A DNA stretch of 64,000 nucleotides from Spirochaetia bacterium. GTDB lineage: Bacteria; Spirochaetota; Spirochaetia; SZUA-6; Bin103. Below the pieces are notes generated by a model. That model was not told the DNA's origin. It ran no database searches and saw only the letters and a list, made by a program, of their open reading frames with translations. The DNA lies in NCBI GenBank assembly GCA_965199955.1, contig CBDATQ010000002.1, positions 1,504,001 to 1,568,000 of the forward strand, written 5' to 3'. Positions 28,890-39,370 of the stretch are shown piece after piece; positions within the stretch are counted from its first letter, which is position 1; every line of letters starts with the position of its first letter. The position numbers and the translations under genes were made by a program.

Positions 28890-30455
28890 CTAATACGGTA
28901 CGAAGTCCGCCTTGCTGATGTCGCGGATCGCGCGGACCTGCTCCAGGCCGGCGCGCTCCAGGGCGGCCAGGTAGTCGCTCCAGTCGCCGTCGTCGTTCGG
29001 GTCCAGGGTCCCCATCAGGAACTTCGACCCGTACTCGTCGCGCACGTCTCGGACCACCACTTCCAGGTCGGCCAGCATGTCCGAGTCGTCCGAGCTGAGG
29101 TTCCAGATGATGTGGTTACTGTTGCGCAGGAACGGGTGCACGGACAGCGCGTTCTGCGTCGGCATCGTGTCCCCCTGTCCGGTGGCGGCCAGGGCGTACT
29201 CGGCCGGGTAGTACATGCCCTTGACGAAGCCCTGCTCGTACATGCTCTGGCCCTGTGGGTTGGCCGTGGTGGCCATGTGGTCCATGAGGATCGGGATCCG
29301 CTCTCCGGACTCGTCCGTGCCCCAGTTGAAGGTCACCCCCTCGACGCCGTAGTACATGAAGATGCCGCCTTCGGGCGAGGCCAGGAAGTTGGTGTACTCC
29401 AGCCAGCGCTCCACCTGTTCGTCGGTGGCGCTCGTCGCGATCGAGCCGCCTTCGCCAAACGGCCTGCCCCGCGCGACGATCGGCTCCAGGCCGGGAGCAG
29501 TAACCACGCCGTCGTGCACGATCTTGAACTGGGCGGTGGGATCGTCGGGATCCACCACGCTGTTCACGTGGCCGATGCGGCCGACGTTGAAGAACATGAT
29601 GTGGTGCCTGCTCTCGGCCAGCAGCTCCGACCACTTGGTGAAGTCCTTCTGGTCCACCTCCGGGAAGACCAGGTCCTCCGCATACAGCTTGTTGATGAAC
29701 TTCATGACCTCGCGGTACTTGTCGGTCTGCGGACCGTAGGTCACCGCGCTGGTGTCCGGATCGATGAACCAGTCGTCCCAGGTTCGCCACGCCAGCAGGT
29801 AGCCGCCGGTCAGGGAGCGGTATCCGCGCGTCTTGGCCCATCCCTGGACCGGCCACGAGTCAGGATACTCGGCCTTGATCCGCTTCGCCGCTTCGTACAG
29901 CTCGTCGGTGTTGGAGGGGAAGGAGATGCCCAGCGCGTCGAACACCTGATCGCGGTACCCCCAGCCGTTGGCCAGGTAGATGGAGTTGGGGCTGGGATAG
30001 GAGTAGATGTTGCCGTCCGGTGACGGCGCAGCCTTCATCACGTATGCCCAGGAGGCGTCGTCGAAGTTGGCGCGAATGTTCGGCATCTCGTCCAGCAGGT
30101 CCTGCAGCGGCAGCAGGTATCCCTGCATCCCCCACTGGTCGGTGGTCGCCTTCGGCCACGGAAACAGGATGTCGGGCTCGTCGCCGGCTGCCAAGCGCAG
30201 CTCCATGATCGAGATGTACTCGCCGGACGGGACCATCTCGAAGGTGATGTCCAGGTCGAAGCGCTTGAGCATCTCCTCTACCCACAGGTTGTCCGGCGGC
30301 GGGATGAGGTCGCGCGAATAGCGGTACATGTAGTCGAGCTCGACGATGTCGCGCCCGGCTCCCGCCGCGGCCGGCTGCTCGCTGGTGGCGCTGGCCCACG
30401 CCAGCGACCCTGTGAGGATGAGCAGCATCGATAGTGCTACGAAGACTCGTTTCAT
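28890..30455 (-). CDS. Extracellular solute-binding protein (family 1)
   Basis: Signal peptide, AAGGAG RBS, RLAAGDEPD, DGNIYSYP, YGVEGVTF. Confidence 0.9.
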   Translation of the reverse strand: MKRVFVALSMLLILTGSLAWASATSEQPAAAGAGRDIVELDYMYRYSRDLIPPPDNLWVEEMLKRFDLDITFEMVPSGEYISIMELRLAAGDEPDILFPWPKATTDQWGMQGYLLPLQDLLDEMPNIRANFDDASWAYVMKAAPSPDGNIYSYPSPNSIYLANGWGYRDQVFDALGISFPSNTDELYEAAKRIKAEYPDSWPVQGWAKTRGYRSLTGGYLLAWRTWDDWFIDPDTSAVTYGPQTDKYREVMKFINKLYAEDLVFPEVDQKDFTKWSELLAESRHHIMFFNVGRIGHVNSVVDPDDPTAQFKIVHDGVVTAPGLEPIVARGRPFGEGGSIATSATDEQVERWLEYTNFLASPEGGIFMYYGVEGVTFNWGTDESGERIPILMDHMATTANPQGQSMYEQGFVKGMYYPAEYALAATGQGDTMPTQNALSVHPFLRNSNHIIWNLSSDDSDMLADLEVVVRDVRDEYGSKFLMGTLDPNDDGDWSDYLAALERAGLEQVRAIRDISKADFVPY

Positions 30456-30545
30456 CGCATGTTCTCCTTGGTGGTTGAATGTTCATATTTCTGGTGAAGC
30501 GATCGGTTTGCTACATTCGGTACCCTCCGTCGGACGCGGGGCGAA

Positions 30546-31457
30546 TCACGCCTTCAGCGATCCGATCATGACGCCCTTGGCGAAATACTTCTGCATGAAC
30601 GGATAGACGATCAGCATCGGCAGCATCGCCGCGATCAGCGTGGCGTGCTTGAGCTTCTCGTAGTTGATGTAGTTGTCGCGGGACGCGACCAGCCGCATCG
30701 CCTGCATGTCGGACTCGTTGATGTCCAGCTCCTCGGCGATCATGCCCTGCTCCAGGATGATGTTGCGCAGCACGACCTGCAGGGGCTTCAGGTCGTGATC
30801 GCGCAGGAAGATCACCGCGTAGAACCACGAGTTCCAGTGGGACACCAGGTAGAACAGGCCGATCGTGGCGAGCGCGGCCTTGGAGACCGGCATGACGATG
30901 GAGACCAGGATCCTGATGTCGTTGGCGCCGTCCAGGTAGGCGGACTCCTCCATCTCCTGCGGGACGGCCTGGAAGAAGGTGCGCAGGATGATCACGTTGT
31001 AGGCGCTGACGGCCGCGGGCAGCACCACGGACCAGATCGTATCGAGCATCCCCAGCTTTTGTACCAGCAGGTAGAGCGGGATCAGGCCGCCGCCGAAGAA
31101 CATCGTGACGACCACCAGCACCATGTAGAAGGAGCGCAGGGTCAGCCGCCTCTTGGAGAGCGGATAGGCCATCGCGGTGGTCAGGCTCAGGCTGATCGTG
31201 GTGCCCAGCGCCGCGTACATCACCTGGTTGCGGTAGCCGATCGGGATGTTCCGGGAGCTGAAGATCAGCTCGAAGGCGCGCATGCTGAACCCCTTGGGGT
31301 AGAAGGTGACGGTCTTCTTGATCACGGCGTCCCCGCCGCTCACCGCCATGGAGGCGACGTGCAGCACCGGGTACAGCGTGACGATCACGACCAGCAGCAA
31401 CGCGCCGTAGACGAAGACGTCGAGCAGCAGCGAGCCGGGCGACGTGTCACGAATCAT
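30546..31457 (-). CDS. Carbohydrate ABC permease (LplC-like)
   Basis: FGGGLIPLY, EESAYLDGA, YPFMQKYFAKGVMIGSLK. Confidence 0.92.
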   Translation of the reverse strand: MIRDTSPGSLLLDVFVYGALLLVVIVTLYPVLHVASMAVSGGDAVIKKTVTFYPKGFSMRAFELIFSSRNIPIGYRNQVMYAALGTTISLSLTTAMAYPLSKRRLTLRSFYMVLVVVTMFFGGGLIPLYLLVQKLGMLDTIWSVVLPAAVSAYNVIILRTFFQAVPQEMEESAYLDGANDIRILVSIVMPVSKAALATIGLFYLVSHWNSWFYAVIFLRDHDLKPLQVVLRNIILEQGMIAEELDINESDMQAMRLVASRDNYINYEKLKHATLIAAMLPMLIVYPFMQKYFAKGVMIGSLKA

Positions 31458-31465
31458 GCCCGTTC

Positions 31466-32422
31466 TCACCACAGGCTGTGCTCCGTGTAGCGGCGTGCCA
31501 GCCGGTTGGCGGCGATCAGGAAGCCCAGGTTGATGACCGAGTTGAACAGCCCCACGGCTGCGCCGTAGCTGAAGTCCGCCTTGAACAGCCCGCGCCGCAC
31601 CAGGAAGGTGCTGATCACGTCGGCGGTCTCGTAGGTTGCCGGGCTGTACATCAGGTATACCTTCTCGAAACCGACGCTCAGCAGGGCGCCCGCCCGCAGG
31701 ATGGTCAGGACGATGATCGTGGCGGCGATGGTCGGCAGGGTGACGTGGCGCATGCTCTGCAGCCGGGAGGCGCCGTCGATCGTGGCCGCCTCGTAGAGCT
31801 GCGGGTCGACCTGCGAGATCGCCGCCAGGTAGATGATCGCTCCCCAGCCGGCGTTCTGCCAGATGCCGGTCATGACGTAGAGGGGTCGGAACCACCCCGG
31901 TTCGTTCATGAAGTAGATCGGCTCGATGCCGAAGTTGACCAGGACTCGATTGAGCACGCCCTCGGAGGGCGACAGGAACAGCGCCGCCAGCGACACCAGC
32001 GCGACCAGCGAGATGAAGTGGGGGAGGAAGGTGATGGTCTGCACCGAGCGCTTCACGGCGCCGTTGCGCACCTCGTTCAGGATCAAGGCCAGCACGATCG
32101 GCACCGGGAAGCCGAACAGCAGATCGTAGAAGCTGAGCAGGAAGGTGTTGCGGATCAGCCGGAAGAAGTAGGGGTGTTTGAAGAAGCGGATGAAGTTCTC
32201 CAGCCCGACCCACTCGCTGTGGAAGACGCCGACGCGCGAGTTGTAGTCCTGGAAGGCGACCACGACCCCGTACATGGGGACGTAGTGGAAGATGATGAAC
32301 CAAGCCAGTCCGCCCAGCATCAGGAACTGCAGGTACTTGGTCTTGCGCAGGCCCCGCAGGGTGGCGGCCGTCCAGGAGAGCCCCCGGTCGTCAGTCAACC
32401 GCTCGGCGCCCGCGCGTGCCAT
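31466..32422 (-). CDS. Sugar ABC permease (LplB-like)
   Basis: FLPHFISLV, GWGAIIYLAA, LYEAATIDGA. Confidence 0.92.
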   Translation of the reverse strand: MARAGAERLTDDRGLSWTAATLRGLRKTKYLQFLMLGGLAWFIIFHYVPMYGVVVAFQDYNSRVGVFHSEWVGLENFIRFFKHPYFFRLIRNTFLLSFYDLLFGFPVPIVLALILNEVRNGAVKRSVQTITFLPHFISLVALVSLAALFLSPSEGVLNRVLVNFGIEPIYFMNEPGWFRPLYVMTGIWQNAGWGAIIYLAAISQVDPQLYEAATIDGASRLQSMRHVTLPTIAATIIVLTILRAGALLSVGFEKVYLMYSPATYETADVISTFLVRRGLFKADFSYGAAVGLFNSVINLGFLIAANRLARRYTEHSLW

Positions 32423-32430
32423 CAGCCGCT

Positions 32431-32462
32431 ACCCGTCATCCGCGGCGCCGCGGATGACGGGT
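32431..32462. repeat. Perfect 32-bp palindrome
   Basis: ACCCGTCATCCGCGGC|GCCGCGGATGACGGGT, 8 nt upstream of the ATG at 32422. Confidence 0.9.
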
Positions 32463-32579
32463 CCCCGTTGCCGAGCGCGCTTGCCGCCGGGCTCGATGGT
32501 GGTACGACGGCGAACCGTCTATGCAGCCACCCATGAAACGATCATACCGCATCGCGCGCTGCGGCGGCGCCAACACGCA

Positions 32580-32762
32580 GGGCTTGGCCGTGGTCGTCGA
32601 CGACGCGGATGCCCCTGCGAGCGGGCGCGTGCTGCCGGCGACGTCATCGCGACGGAGCCGGCGACGAAGGACTACGGAGAGGGCTACTGGGCGGACCGGA
32701 GCTACGAGGCGGAGGACCTCGAGGGCCACCACTGGTGGTTCATGCAGCGCCTGCGGGGGTAG
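32580..32762 (+). pseudogene. VOC/glyoxalase family C-terminal remnant
   Basis: [36 protein letters not shown]; upstream part frameshifted or missing. Confidence 0.65.
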
Positions 32763-33480
32763 ATGTCGCCTCCGGTACTGGCATTTGATCCCAGGTTCGT
32801 CCGTCGAGTGTCCGGCCAGTCCTCTTCTTGAATACACCACCCCATTGCTTGAAGAAGAACGGCACATGGCTCGATACGCAATTGTCACGGATGTCGCGTA
32901 CCCAGTCAGTTTCCATGGGTCGGGCTCCCGGTCCCGACTCACCGCCGACGATCACCCAGTCGATCCCCTCGAGAGGAAGATCCTGCAGCGGTCCCAGCAG
33001 GGGTTCGAGTGACAGGAATTTCGTCTGGGCGCCGGTCTCCCTGAGTGGTGCCAGCCGTCCGAGCCACTGTTCCGACTCGATGCTCGTACCAAGCCAGATG
33101 TTTGGCGTCCAGTCCAGGCGCCGGTTCAACTGGACGACGCGTCCCGGTCGCTTGGTGAGGACCTGAAAGGTATGCCGGGATGCTCGGTTCATGACTTGAA
33201 AGACGGCTTCGATGAACGTGGACGGCACCCCCTTGTGAAACAGATCGGACATGGAGTTGACGAAGACGAGGCGCGGCCGGCGCCATTTCAGCGGGTCTTC
33301 AAGAGTAGACTCGTGCACGGCGACCGAAAACCCGTCCCGGTACTTCTCCACTCCCATCGCCTGCAGTCTCCTGGACAGGCGTTCCGCATAGCAGAACTTG
33401 CACCCCGGGCTGATCTTTGTGCATCCCGTGACCGGGTTCCAGGTGACCTCCGTCCACTCGATTGCGGAGCGAGTGGACAT
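32740..33480 (-). CDS. DUF5131 / phage Gp37-Gp68 family radical-SAM-like protein
   Basis: [26 protein letters not shown] (Cx6Cx2C), [32 protein letters not shown]. Confidence 0.92.
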   Translation of the reverse strand: MSTRSAIEWTEVTWNPVTGCTKISPGCKFCYAERLSRRLQAMGVEKYRDGFSVAVHESTLEDPLKWRRPRLVFVNSMSDLFHKGVPSTFIEAVFQVMNRASRHTFQVLTKRPGRVVQLNRRLDWTPNIWLGTSIESEQWLGRLAPLRETGAQTKFLSLEPLLGPLQDLPLEGIDWVIVGGESGPGARPMETDWVRDIRDNCVSSHVPFFFKQWGGVFKKRTGRTLDGRTWDQMPVPEATSTPAGAA

Positions 33481-33482
33481 CG

Positions 33483-34343
33483 CTACAGGTTCTCCAGGAT
33501 ATGGCGCGCGATGCGCTGGGCGGTGCCGACAGCCTTGGGACTGCGACTGCCAACGCAGAACAGGAACTCAAACAGCGGAGCATTCCTGGAATTCCTCAGA
33601 GTACGAGATTGAAAGAGGAACCTATTGCCGAATGCGTGGGCAAGTTTGTTCTTGTAGATATCGAGTAGGCCAGTGACGCCGGGCGTCCTCTCGTGATGGA
33701 CATCGCCGAACAGAGACCCCTGTGGGCTTTCACGGTACAGTTCACGCCAGCTCTCGTCGCCGAACACGGTAGTCAACCTGTCGATCCATGCGGACGAGAT
33801 GTCATCCGGTCGCTTCGACTTTGGGAGCATCCGTACGATTGCGGATGTAGGAAACAGAATCCAAGTGTCTAAGGCATTGAATCCGGCTATCTTCTCGACA
33901 GTTGACCATGCGACCTGCGTAGCGAAGGGATCCAGAAACAGAACGCCGCGCCACTGACGCCAGTCTTGACGGAGGCTTCTCAGATAGACGTTAGCATCCG
34001 CATTCTCAATTCGAATGTCTCTGCCGTGCTGGTCTTCTTTGAGAGTCTCCAGTTCCACGCATCGAACCGGGTCGTTCTCAACGAAGACCAGCTTGTCGAA
34101 TTGCCTGTCGTGTATGTGTGCGGCTCTGGCCGCCGAACCTCGCATAAACTCGGTAGCATCAGAGTCGCCTTGTATCAGCTGTACGTAACCAGTCCCGGCG
34201 AAGGCGTCGATGTACATCAGCTTAAATGATGTGTACTTCAATGCGGTAGTATAGCGGTCCAGATACGTCTCCAGGATGTCCAGCTTCTCAAGAGTCCAAG
34301 AGCCACCGTATCCGGTCTTGGGTTCGGCAAGTTGATTCAGCAA
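33483..34343 (-). CDS. tcmP: Three-Cys-motif partner protein (TcmP-like SAM-dependent methyltransferase fold)
   Basis: [18 protein letters not shown] (motif I), FLDPF (motif IV); TTG start with GGAG 5 nt upstream; 2 nt from DUF5131. Confidence 0.85.
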   Translation of the reverse strand: MLNQLAEPKTGYGGSWTLEKLDILETYLDRYTTALKYTSFKLMYIDAFAGTGYVQLIQGDSDATEFMRGSAARAAHIHDRQFDKLVFVENDPVRCVELETLKEDQHGRDIRIENADANVYLRSLRQDWRQWRGVLFLDPFATQVAWSTVEKIAGFNALDTWILFPTSAIVRMLPKSKRPDDISSAWIDRLTTVFGDESWRELYRESPQGSLFGDVHHERTPGVTGLLDIYKNKLAHAFGNRFLFQSRTLRNSRNAPLFEFLFCVGSRSPKAVGTAQRIARHILENL

Positions 34344-34469
34344 GTTAGCTCCGGTTCTTCGAGTTTGATCTATTCGTCGACAATAAAACTCGCTTGTCTG
34401 CTGTTCGCATAGGCGGGATCTGTTGAATGTTGACGTCAATCGAGCAGCAGGCCGATCATGCGGGATCGG

Positions 34470-35720
34470 CCGCGCGGCGCGGGTCGGTGCGGCACGGAGT
34501 GGGGCAGCCGGCGCTCAGCAGCACGACGCTGACCCGATCCTCGGCCACTGCTCGCAAGATCGCATCTCGGGTGGCACCGGTGTCGAACGGATCGGGCTCG
34601 TGAAGCTGACCGACGCCGCACGCACGCACCAGCGCGGCCAGGGAGACCCGCGGGGCCTCTGCATCGGGGGGGCCTGGCGGGGTTGGGCTGTCCGCCCTCC
34701 TCGGTCTCCGCCGTCCTGCGGTTGTCGAAGATGACGAAGGTGAGCCGGGCGCGGTTGTCCACGGCGTTCATCAGCGACTGCACGCCGGGGTGGCAGAACG
34801 AGGAGTCGCCCATCACCGCCAGCAGCTCCCGATGGTCGGTGCCGGCGTGGTACATGCCGCTCACCACGGACGGTGAGATGCCCAGGCAGCAGGAGGAGAA
34901 CAGGGTCTCGAACGGCGGTGCGCAACCCCAGGAGACCACGCCCACGCCGCCGATGCAGAGCGGGTCCTGCATACGGTCCAGCGCCGCGCGCAGCCCGCGG
35001 TGGCCGGCGGCAATCGGGCAGCCGTCCACCCAGCGCGAGCGCAGCTTCGGAGCCAGGTGCTCGTCCCTGCGCTCTGCGAAAGGGCGGGGCGGGACTGTCT
35101 CGCCGGCCATACGCCGCAGTGCGATCGCCACGTCCCTTTCGTCGAGCGCTCCTTGTGCGGGCAGATCCCCGGTCAGCTTTCCGCGCGCGGCGATACCGAA
35201 GCGGGCCAAGCGCTCCTCCACGTACGGAGCGATCTCCTCGACCACCAGCACGCGCTCGACGGCGGCCGAGAAGGAGGCGATGGCGCGTTCCGGCAGCGGA
35301 TGGAGCGCCCGCAGGCAGAGGATGCGCGCGGCCGTGCCGGTGAATCGGAGCGCGGCGCGTACGTCCGCGAGGCTAGGGCCCGCAGGTGACGATGCCGAGC
35401 TCGGCGGTCGAATCGCCTTCCACGCTGTCGAGCTCCGCGCTCTCCAGCTCGGCCGAGGCGCGGGCGAACCGGCGCTGCCGGTTGCGGTTGCTATCCAAGA
35501 TGAAGCGGCCCAGGGCGGTCCGCGCCGGGGTCGCCTCGTAGCGGAACGACCGCTGGCTGTTGTCCTGGGGCGGGCTCGGGTGGGAAGGGATCGACTCTGA
35601 CATCCGCAGGAACGCACTGGAGACCCGCAGCAGCACCGGGGCGCCGGTGCGCTCGGACAGCTCGAACGCGTAGCGGGTGATCTGCACCGCGTCCGCCGGC
35701 TTCGAGCGCTCCCGTGCGCC
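34470..35720 (-). pseudogene. Indolepyruvate:ferredoxin oxidoreductase alpha subunit (IorA-like) remnant
   Basis: PVLLRVS, LVVEEIAPYVE, MGDSSFCHPG..NAVDN..IFDNRRTA..GGQP across frames with stops. Confidence 0.75.
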
Positions 35721-35869
35721 ACCGCTCGAATGCCTGACGTCATGACTTCTTGTGCCATAGGTACGGCGTTGCTCCGGGACTGTCCCCAAATCCGGCCCGA
35801 TGTCAACGTGGCCGTCGCCGGCTGCAGTCGTTGACGCCGGGAGGTGCGTCGTGAACCCTGCAAGGGCAG

Positions 35870-37426
35870 ATGGACCTCACCCGCACCATGGAGCTCGCCG
35901 GGCGCAACCTGCTCAAGTGCTTGAGTCCGGCGATGAACTTCCACCCGTATTGGGCGATGCGCATGGACGTCGACTACCGCGCGGAGATGGTGTTCTTCGG
36001 GAACATCCACAACCTGGGGCGCTGGTGGGACGCCATGCTGCGGTTGGAAGCAGCGACCGGATTCGAGATCCCCGCGCACCTGGAGGCGGCCATGCTGGCC
36101 AACCTCCAGGAGTCATTCGACAACCCCGACCACCTGTGCCTGCCGGCGTTCGACCATCCGTGGCTGAAGCCGGAGCTCGACTTCCACTCGCTGCGCGAGA
36201 GCCTGCTGGCGCTGAACGCCCTGGTGCGGTATCGCGGCAGCACGTGGGCGCGCAGGCAGGCTCGCCTGATGCTGGAGACCCTGGCCCGCATCACGCGCGA
36301 CGCCGCCACCTGGGACGTGGCGGCGCTCGAATACCACCGCCGCCTCGCGCAGCCGGAGCTGACCGTGGAGCCGGACGTGAGCAACCACGGCCGGCTGATC
36401 GAGGCGCTGGTCTGGTTCTACCAGGCGACAGGCGAGCCGCTCGCCTACGAGCTCGCCGGGCGCTACGCCGGCTTCCACGTTGCGCACACCGTGAGCGCCG
36501 ACGGGCGTTTCCCGGAGTCTTCGACGGCTACGCACACGCATTCCTATCTCGGCACGCTGCGCGGGCTGTGGCTGTGGGGAATGCTTACCGGCCAGCGCGA
36601 GTATCTTCAGCGGGTGGTCGACACGTACCGCGTGACGGTCCCGAGGGCCGTGCTGGAGTCCGGGTTCGCCTGCCACGACCTGTGGAAGGACGATCCCAAC
36701 CGTGGCGAGGTCGGATCGACCTCGGACGCCACCCAGCTCGCCCTCTGGATCGCCCGCGACGGTGGCGCCACTGAGCTTCTGGACGACGTGGAGCGGCTGG
36801 TGCGGGCGCGGCTGGTGCGGGCTCAGATCACGGGGAGCCCGCCGATCCGGGCTGCCGACGAGGACCGGGCAGCTCAGGGCGCTGACGAGTTCGCCCGCCT
36901 CGACGAACGCATCATCGGCGCTATCGGCGGCATGCAGCTTGAGCCGCACGCCGGCAAGAAGCACACCACGGACGTGACCGCGGCCGCGCTCCACTGCCTG
37001 ACCGATGTCCATAGTCACATCGTCGAGCACGCCCGCGCGGACGTCACGGTGCGGCTGCACTTCGACTGGGAAGACGACCGCGTGCAGGTGCGCTCGGGGC
37101 GCTCCGACCCGGCGGAGCGGGACGTGGCGTGCGTGACGGTGCGACCTCGGGTAGCGACAAACGTGCGCATCCGGGTGCCCCGATGGGCGCCGCGCGATTC
37201 ACTCCGCCTGACCGTAGGCGGGGAGCCTGCGACGCTACGCCGGGTGGGCGACTTCGCGTTCGTGCCGAGCTGCGGGCCGGCTCCCGTGGAGCTCCGCTAC
37301 GCACTGCCGCGCCGCACCAGCCGCGAGCGGGTCGGCGAGGTGGAGGTGGAGTATCACTGGCGCGGCGACGAGATCGTCGGCGTCACCCCTCAGAGCGACT
37401 TCTATCCGATGTATCCGGCGGCGTGA
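35870..37426 (+). CDS. Hypothetical protein, GH127/(alpha/alpha)6-barrel-like
   Basis: GRLIEALVWFYQATG, HTHSYLGT, IRVPRWA C-terminal motif. Confidence 0.5.
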   Translation: MDLTRTMELAGRNLLKCLSPAMNFHPYWAMRMDVDYRAEMVFFGNIHNLGRWWDAMLRLEAATGFEIPAHLEAAMLANLQESFDNPDHLCLPAFDHPWLKPELDFHSLRESLLALNALVRYRGSTWARRQARLMLETLARITRDAATWDVAALEYHRRLAQPELTVEPDVSNHGRLIEALVWFYQATGEPLAYELAGRYAGFHVAHTVSADGRFPESSTATHTHSYLGTLRGLWLWGMLTGQREYLQRVVDTYRVTVPRAVLESGFACHDLWKDDPNRGEVGSTSDATQLALWIARDGGATELLDDVERLVRARLVRAQITGSPPIRAADEDRAAQGADEFARLDERIIGAIGGMQLEPHAGKKHTTDVTAAALHCLTDVHSHIVEHARADVTVRLHFDWEDDRVQVRSGRSDPAERDVACVTVRPRVATNVRIRVPRWAPRDSLRLTVGGEPATLRRVGDFAFVPSCGPAPVELRYALPRRTSRERVGEVEVEYHWRGDEIVGVTPQSDFYPMYPAA

Positions 37427-37433
37427 GCGGGGC

Positions 37434-37763
37434 TCAGCCCTCCAGTGCTAGGGCCACTCGCAGGCCTTCGTTCAGTTCTTCGATTTTCACACCCGAGAGC
37501 GAGCCCACGTAGTCGGTGAGCATGGTCTTCGGAAGGCTGACGAGTTCGTCGCAATAGACCGAGCTCTCGTGCTTCAGCCCCTCGTTGATCCCGACCGGGA
37601 TCTGGGTAGCGATTCCGGCCCCGGTCGTGAAGATCGGGGCGCAGATCACGGTTGCGAACCTCGACTGAATGGCAACGTGGCGGCTGACGACGACAAATGG
37701 CCGTCGTCGTTTGGGATCGCGGCGGTTGGGATGCCTGACCAGATAGATGTCCCCGCGATTCAC
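37434..37763 (-). CDS. mazF: PemK/MazF family toxin
   Basis: MNRGDIY...[10 protein letters not shown]...EGLKHES. Confidence 0.9.
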   Translation of the reverse strand: MNRGDIYLVRHPNRRDPKRRRPFVVVSRHVAIQSRFATVICAPIFTTGAGIATQIPVGINEGLKHESSVYCDELVSLPKTMLTDYVGSLSGVKIEELNEGLRVALALEG

Positions 37764-37987
37764 TGGCTGTCCTGATACTCCAGCACGTCATGCGCCTCTC
37801 GGTTCAGCTCGTCCGCATGAGCAGCGATCGCGGCCAGTTCCTGTCGATCGCGTGCGGCGCGTCGACGTGCTCGCAGCAGGTTCCACGACGCCTCCTCGAT
37901 GAACGCGGAGCGGTTTCTCCGGTCCACTTCGTCGGTGATCGCCTGCAGAAGCTCTTCCGAGAGTGTTACGGATGTCTTGACCTTCAC
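37760..37987 (-). CDS. Ribbon-helix-helix antitoxin
   Basis: [20 protein letters not shown]; 4-nt overlap with the toxin. Confidence 0.85.
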   Translation of the reverse strand: MKVKTSVTLSEELLQAITDEVDRRNRSAFIEEASWNLLRARRRAARDRQELAAIAAHADELNREAHDVLEYQDSQ

Positions 37988-37993
37988 ACTACC

Positions 37994-37999
37994 ATTATA
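37994..37999 (-). promoter_or_regulatory. -10 box of the TA operon (leaderless)
   Basis: Perfect TATAAT 6 nt before the GTG start at 37987. Confidence 0.6.
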
Positions 38000-38109
38000 C
38001 CGTCAGAGGCCGTCTCGACCAGGCGCCCGCACGGCGGGGAACTGGGGGAGCGAGTCCTGCCACCTTCCAGGGCACGAGGTTCGGTCGGTCCGGTATGCTC
38101 GGGGGCGTC

Positions 38110-39330
38110 ATGAAGCGTCCCGCGCTGGTCATCCTGCTCGGCGCCCTCACCGTGGCCATCGCGATGGGGGCCCGGCAGTCGTTCGGGCTGTTCCTGCAGC
38201 CGATCACGGCCACCCTGTCCACGGGGCGCGAGACGTTCAGCCTGTCGATGGCGGTGCAGAACATCATGTTCGGGCTGCCGCTGGCCGGCATGATCGCCGA
38301 CCGGATCGGTCCGCGGTGGGTGATCGTGGTCGGCGCCGCCCTGTACGCGGTGGGGTTCGCGCTGCTGTCGCTAGCGGCCTCGACCGCCACGCTGTACCTG
38401 GGGCTGGGGGTGTTGGTCGGCCTGGCGCTGAGCGCGACCTCGTACGTGGTGATCCTCGGCGCCGTGGCGCAGGTAGTTCCCGAAAAGAGGCGGGGAACGG
38501 CGTTCGGCGTCATCACCGCCGCCGGATCGTTCGGGACCTTCGCCGTGGTGCCGGGCATGCAGTGGTTGATCGGCGCCGTGCAGTGGCAGACGACCCTGCT
38601 GTACGCCGCGCTGGCGGTCGGGGCGATCGCCGTGCTCGCCATTGGCTTGCCGGTCCGGTCGGCGGCCTCGGCCGGCAGGAACGCGCCGTCCGATGGCGCG
38701 GAAGAGATGCCGCTCGGCGCCGTGATTCGCCGGGCGCGCACCCACTCCGGCTACCTGTTGCTGAACGCCGGCTTCTTCGTGTGCGGCTTCCACGTCGCCT
38801 TCATCGCCACCCATCTGCCGTCATTCCTCTTCGACCACGGCGTGGCGCAAATGATCGGTGCCACCGCGCTGTCCCTGGTCGGGCTGTTCAACATGCTCGG
38901 CTCGTTCCTGTTCGGGCGATTGGGAGACCGCTTCCGCAAGAAGCGGCTGCTGAGCCTGCTGTACTTCTCGCGGGCCGTGGCGATCACGTGCTTCCTGATC
39001 GTCCCGGTCACCGGCGCGACGGCGCTGGTGTTCGCGGCCGTCATCGGCTTCCTGTGGCTGGCGACCGTGCCGCTGACCAGCGGCACCGTGGCGCAGATTT
39101 TCGGCACGCGCCACCTGTCGTCCCTGTACGGGATCGTATTCCTGTCGCACCAGGTCGGCAGCTTCCTTGGCGTGTGGCTCGGCGGCCGTATCTACGACGC
39201 GACCGGCTCCTACGACCCGGTGTGGATCGTCGCGATCGTGCTGGGCGTCGCCGCGGCGATCGTGCACCTGCCGATCAAGGACCAGGCGCTTGCGAAGGCC
39301 GGCAGGCTGCAGGAGGCGCCTTCGACGTGA
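38110..39330 (+). CDS. MFS transporter
   Basis: About 12 TM helices, GMIADRIGPR and GRLGDRFRKK motif A copies. Confidence 0.92.
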   Translation: MKRPALVILLGALTVAIAMGARQSFGLFLQPITATLSTGRETFSLSMAVQNIMFGLPLAGMIADRIGPRWVIVVGAALYAVGFALLSLAASTATLYLGLGVLVGLALSATSYVVILGAVAQVVPEKRRGTAFGVITAAGSFGTFAVVPGMQWLIGAVQWQTTLLYAALAVGAIAVLAIGLPVRSAASAGRNAPSDGAEEMPLGAVIRRARTHSGYLLLNAGFFVCGFHVAFIATHLPSFLFDHGVAQMIGATALSLVGLFNMLGSFLFGRLGDRFRKKRLLSLLYFSRAVAITCFLIVPVTGATALVFAAVIGFLWLATVPLTSGTVAQIFGTRHLSSLYGIVFLSHQVGSFLGVWLGGRIYDATGSYDPVWIVAIVLGVAAAIVHLPIKDQALAKAGRLQEAPST

Positions 39331-39370
39331 TCAGGGTTCCCGCGTACGGTACCCTGACACAGAGTCGACG

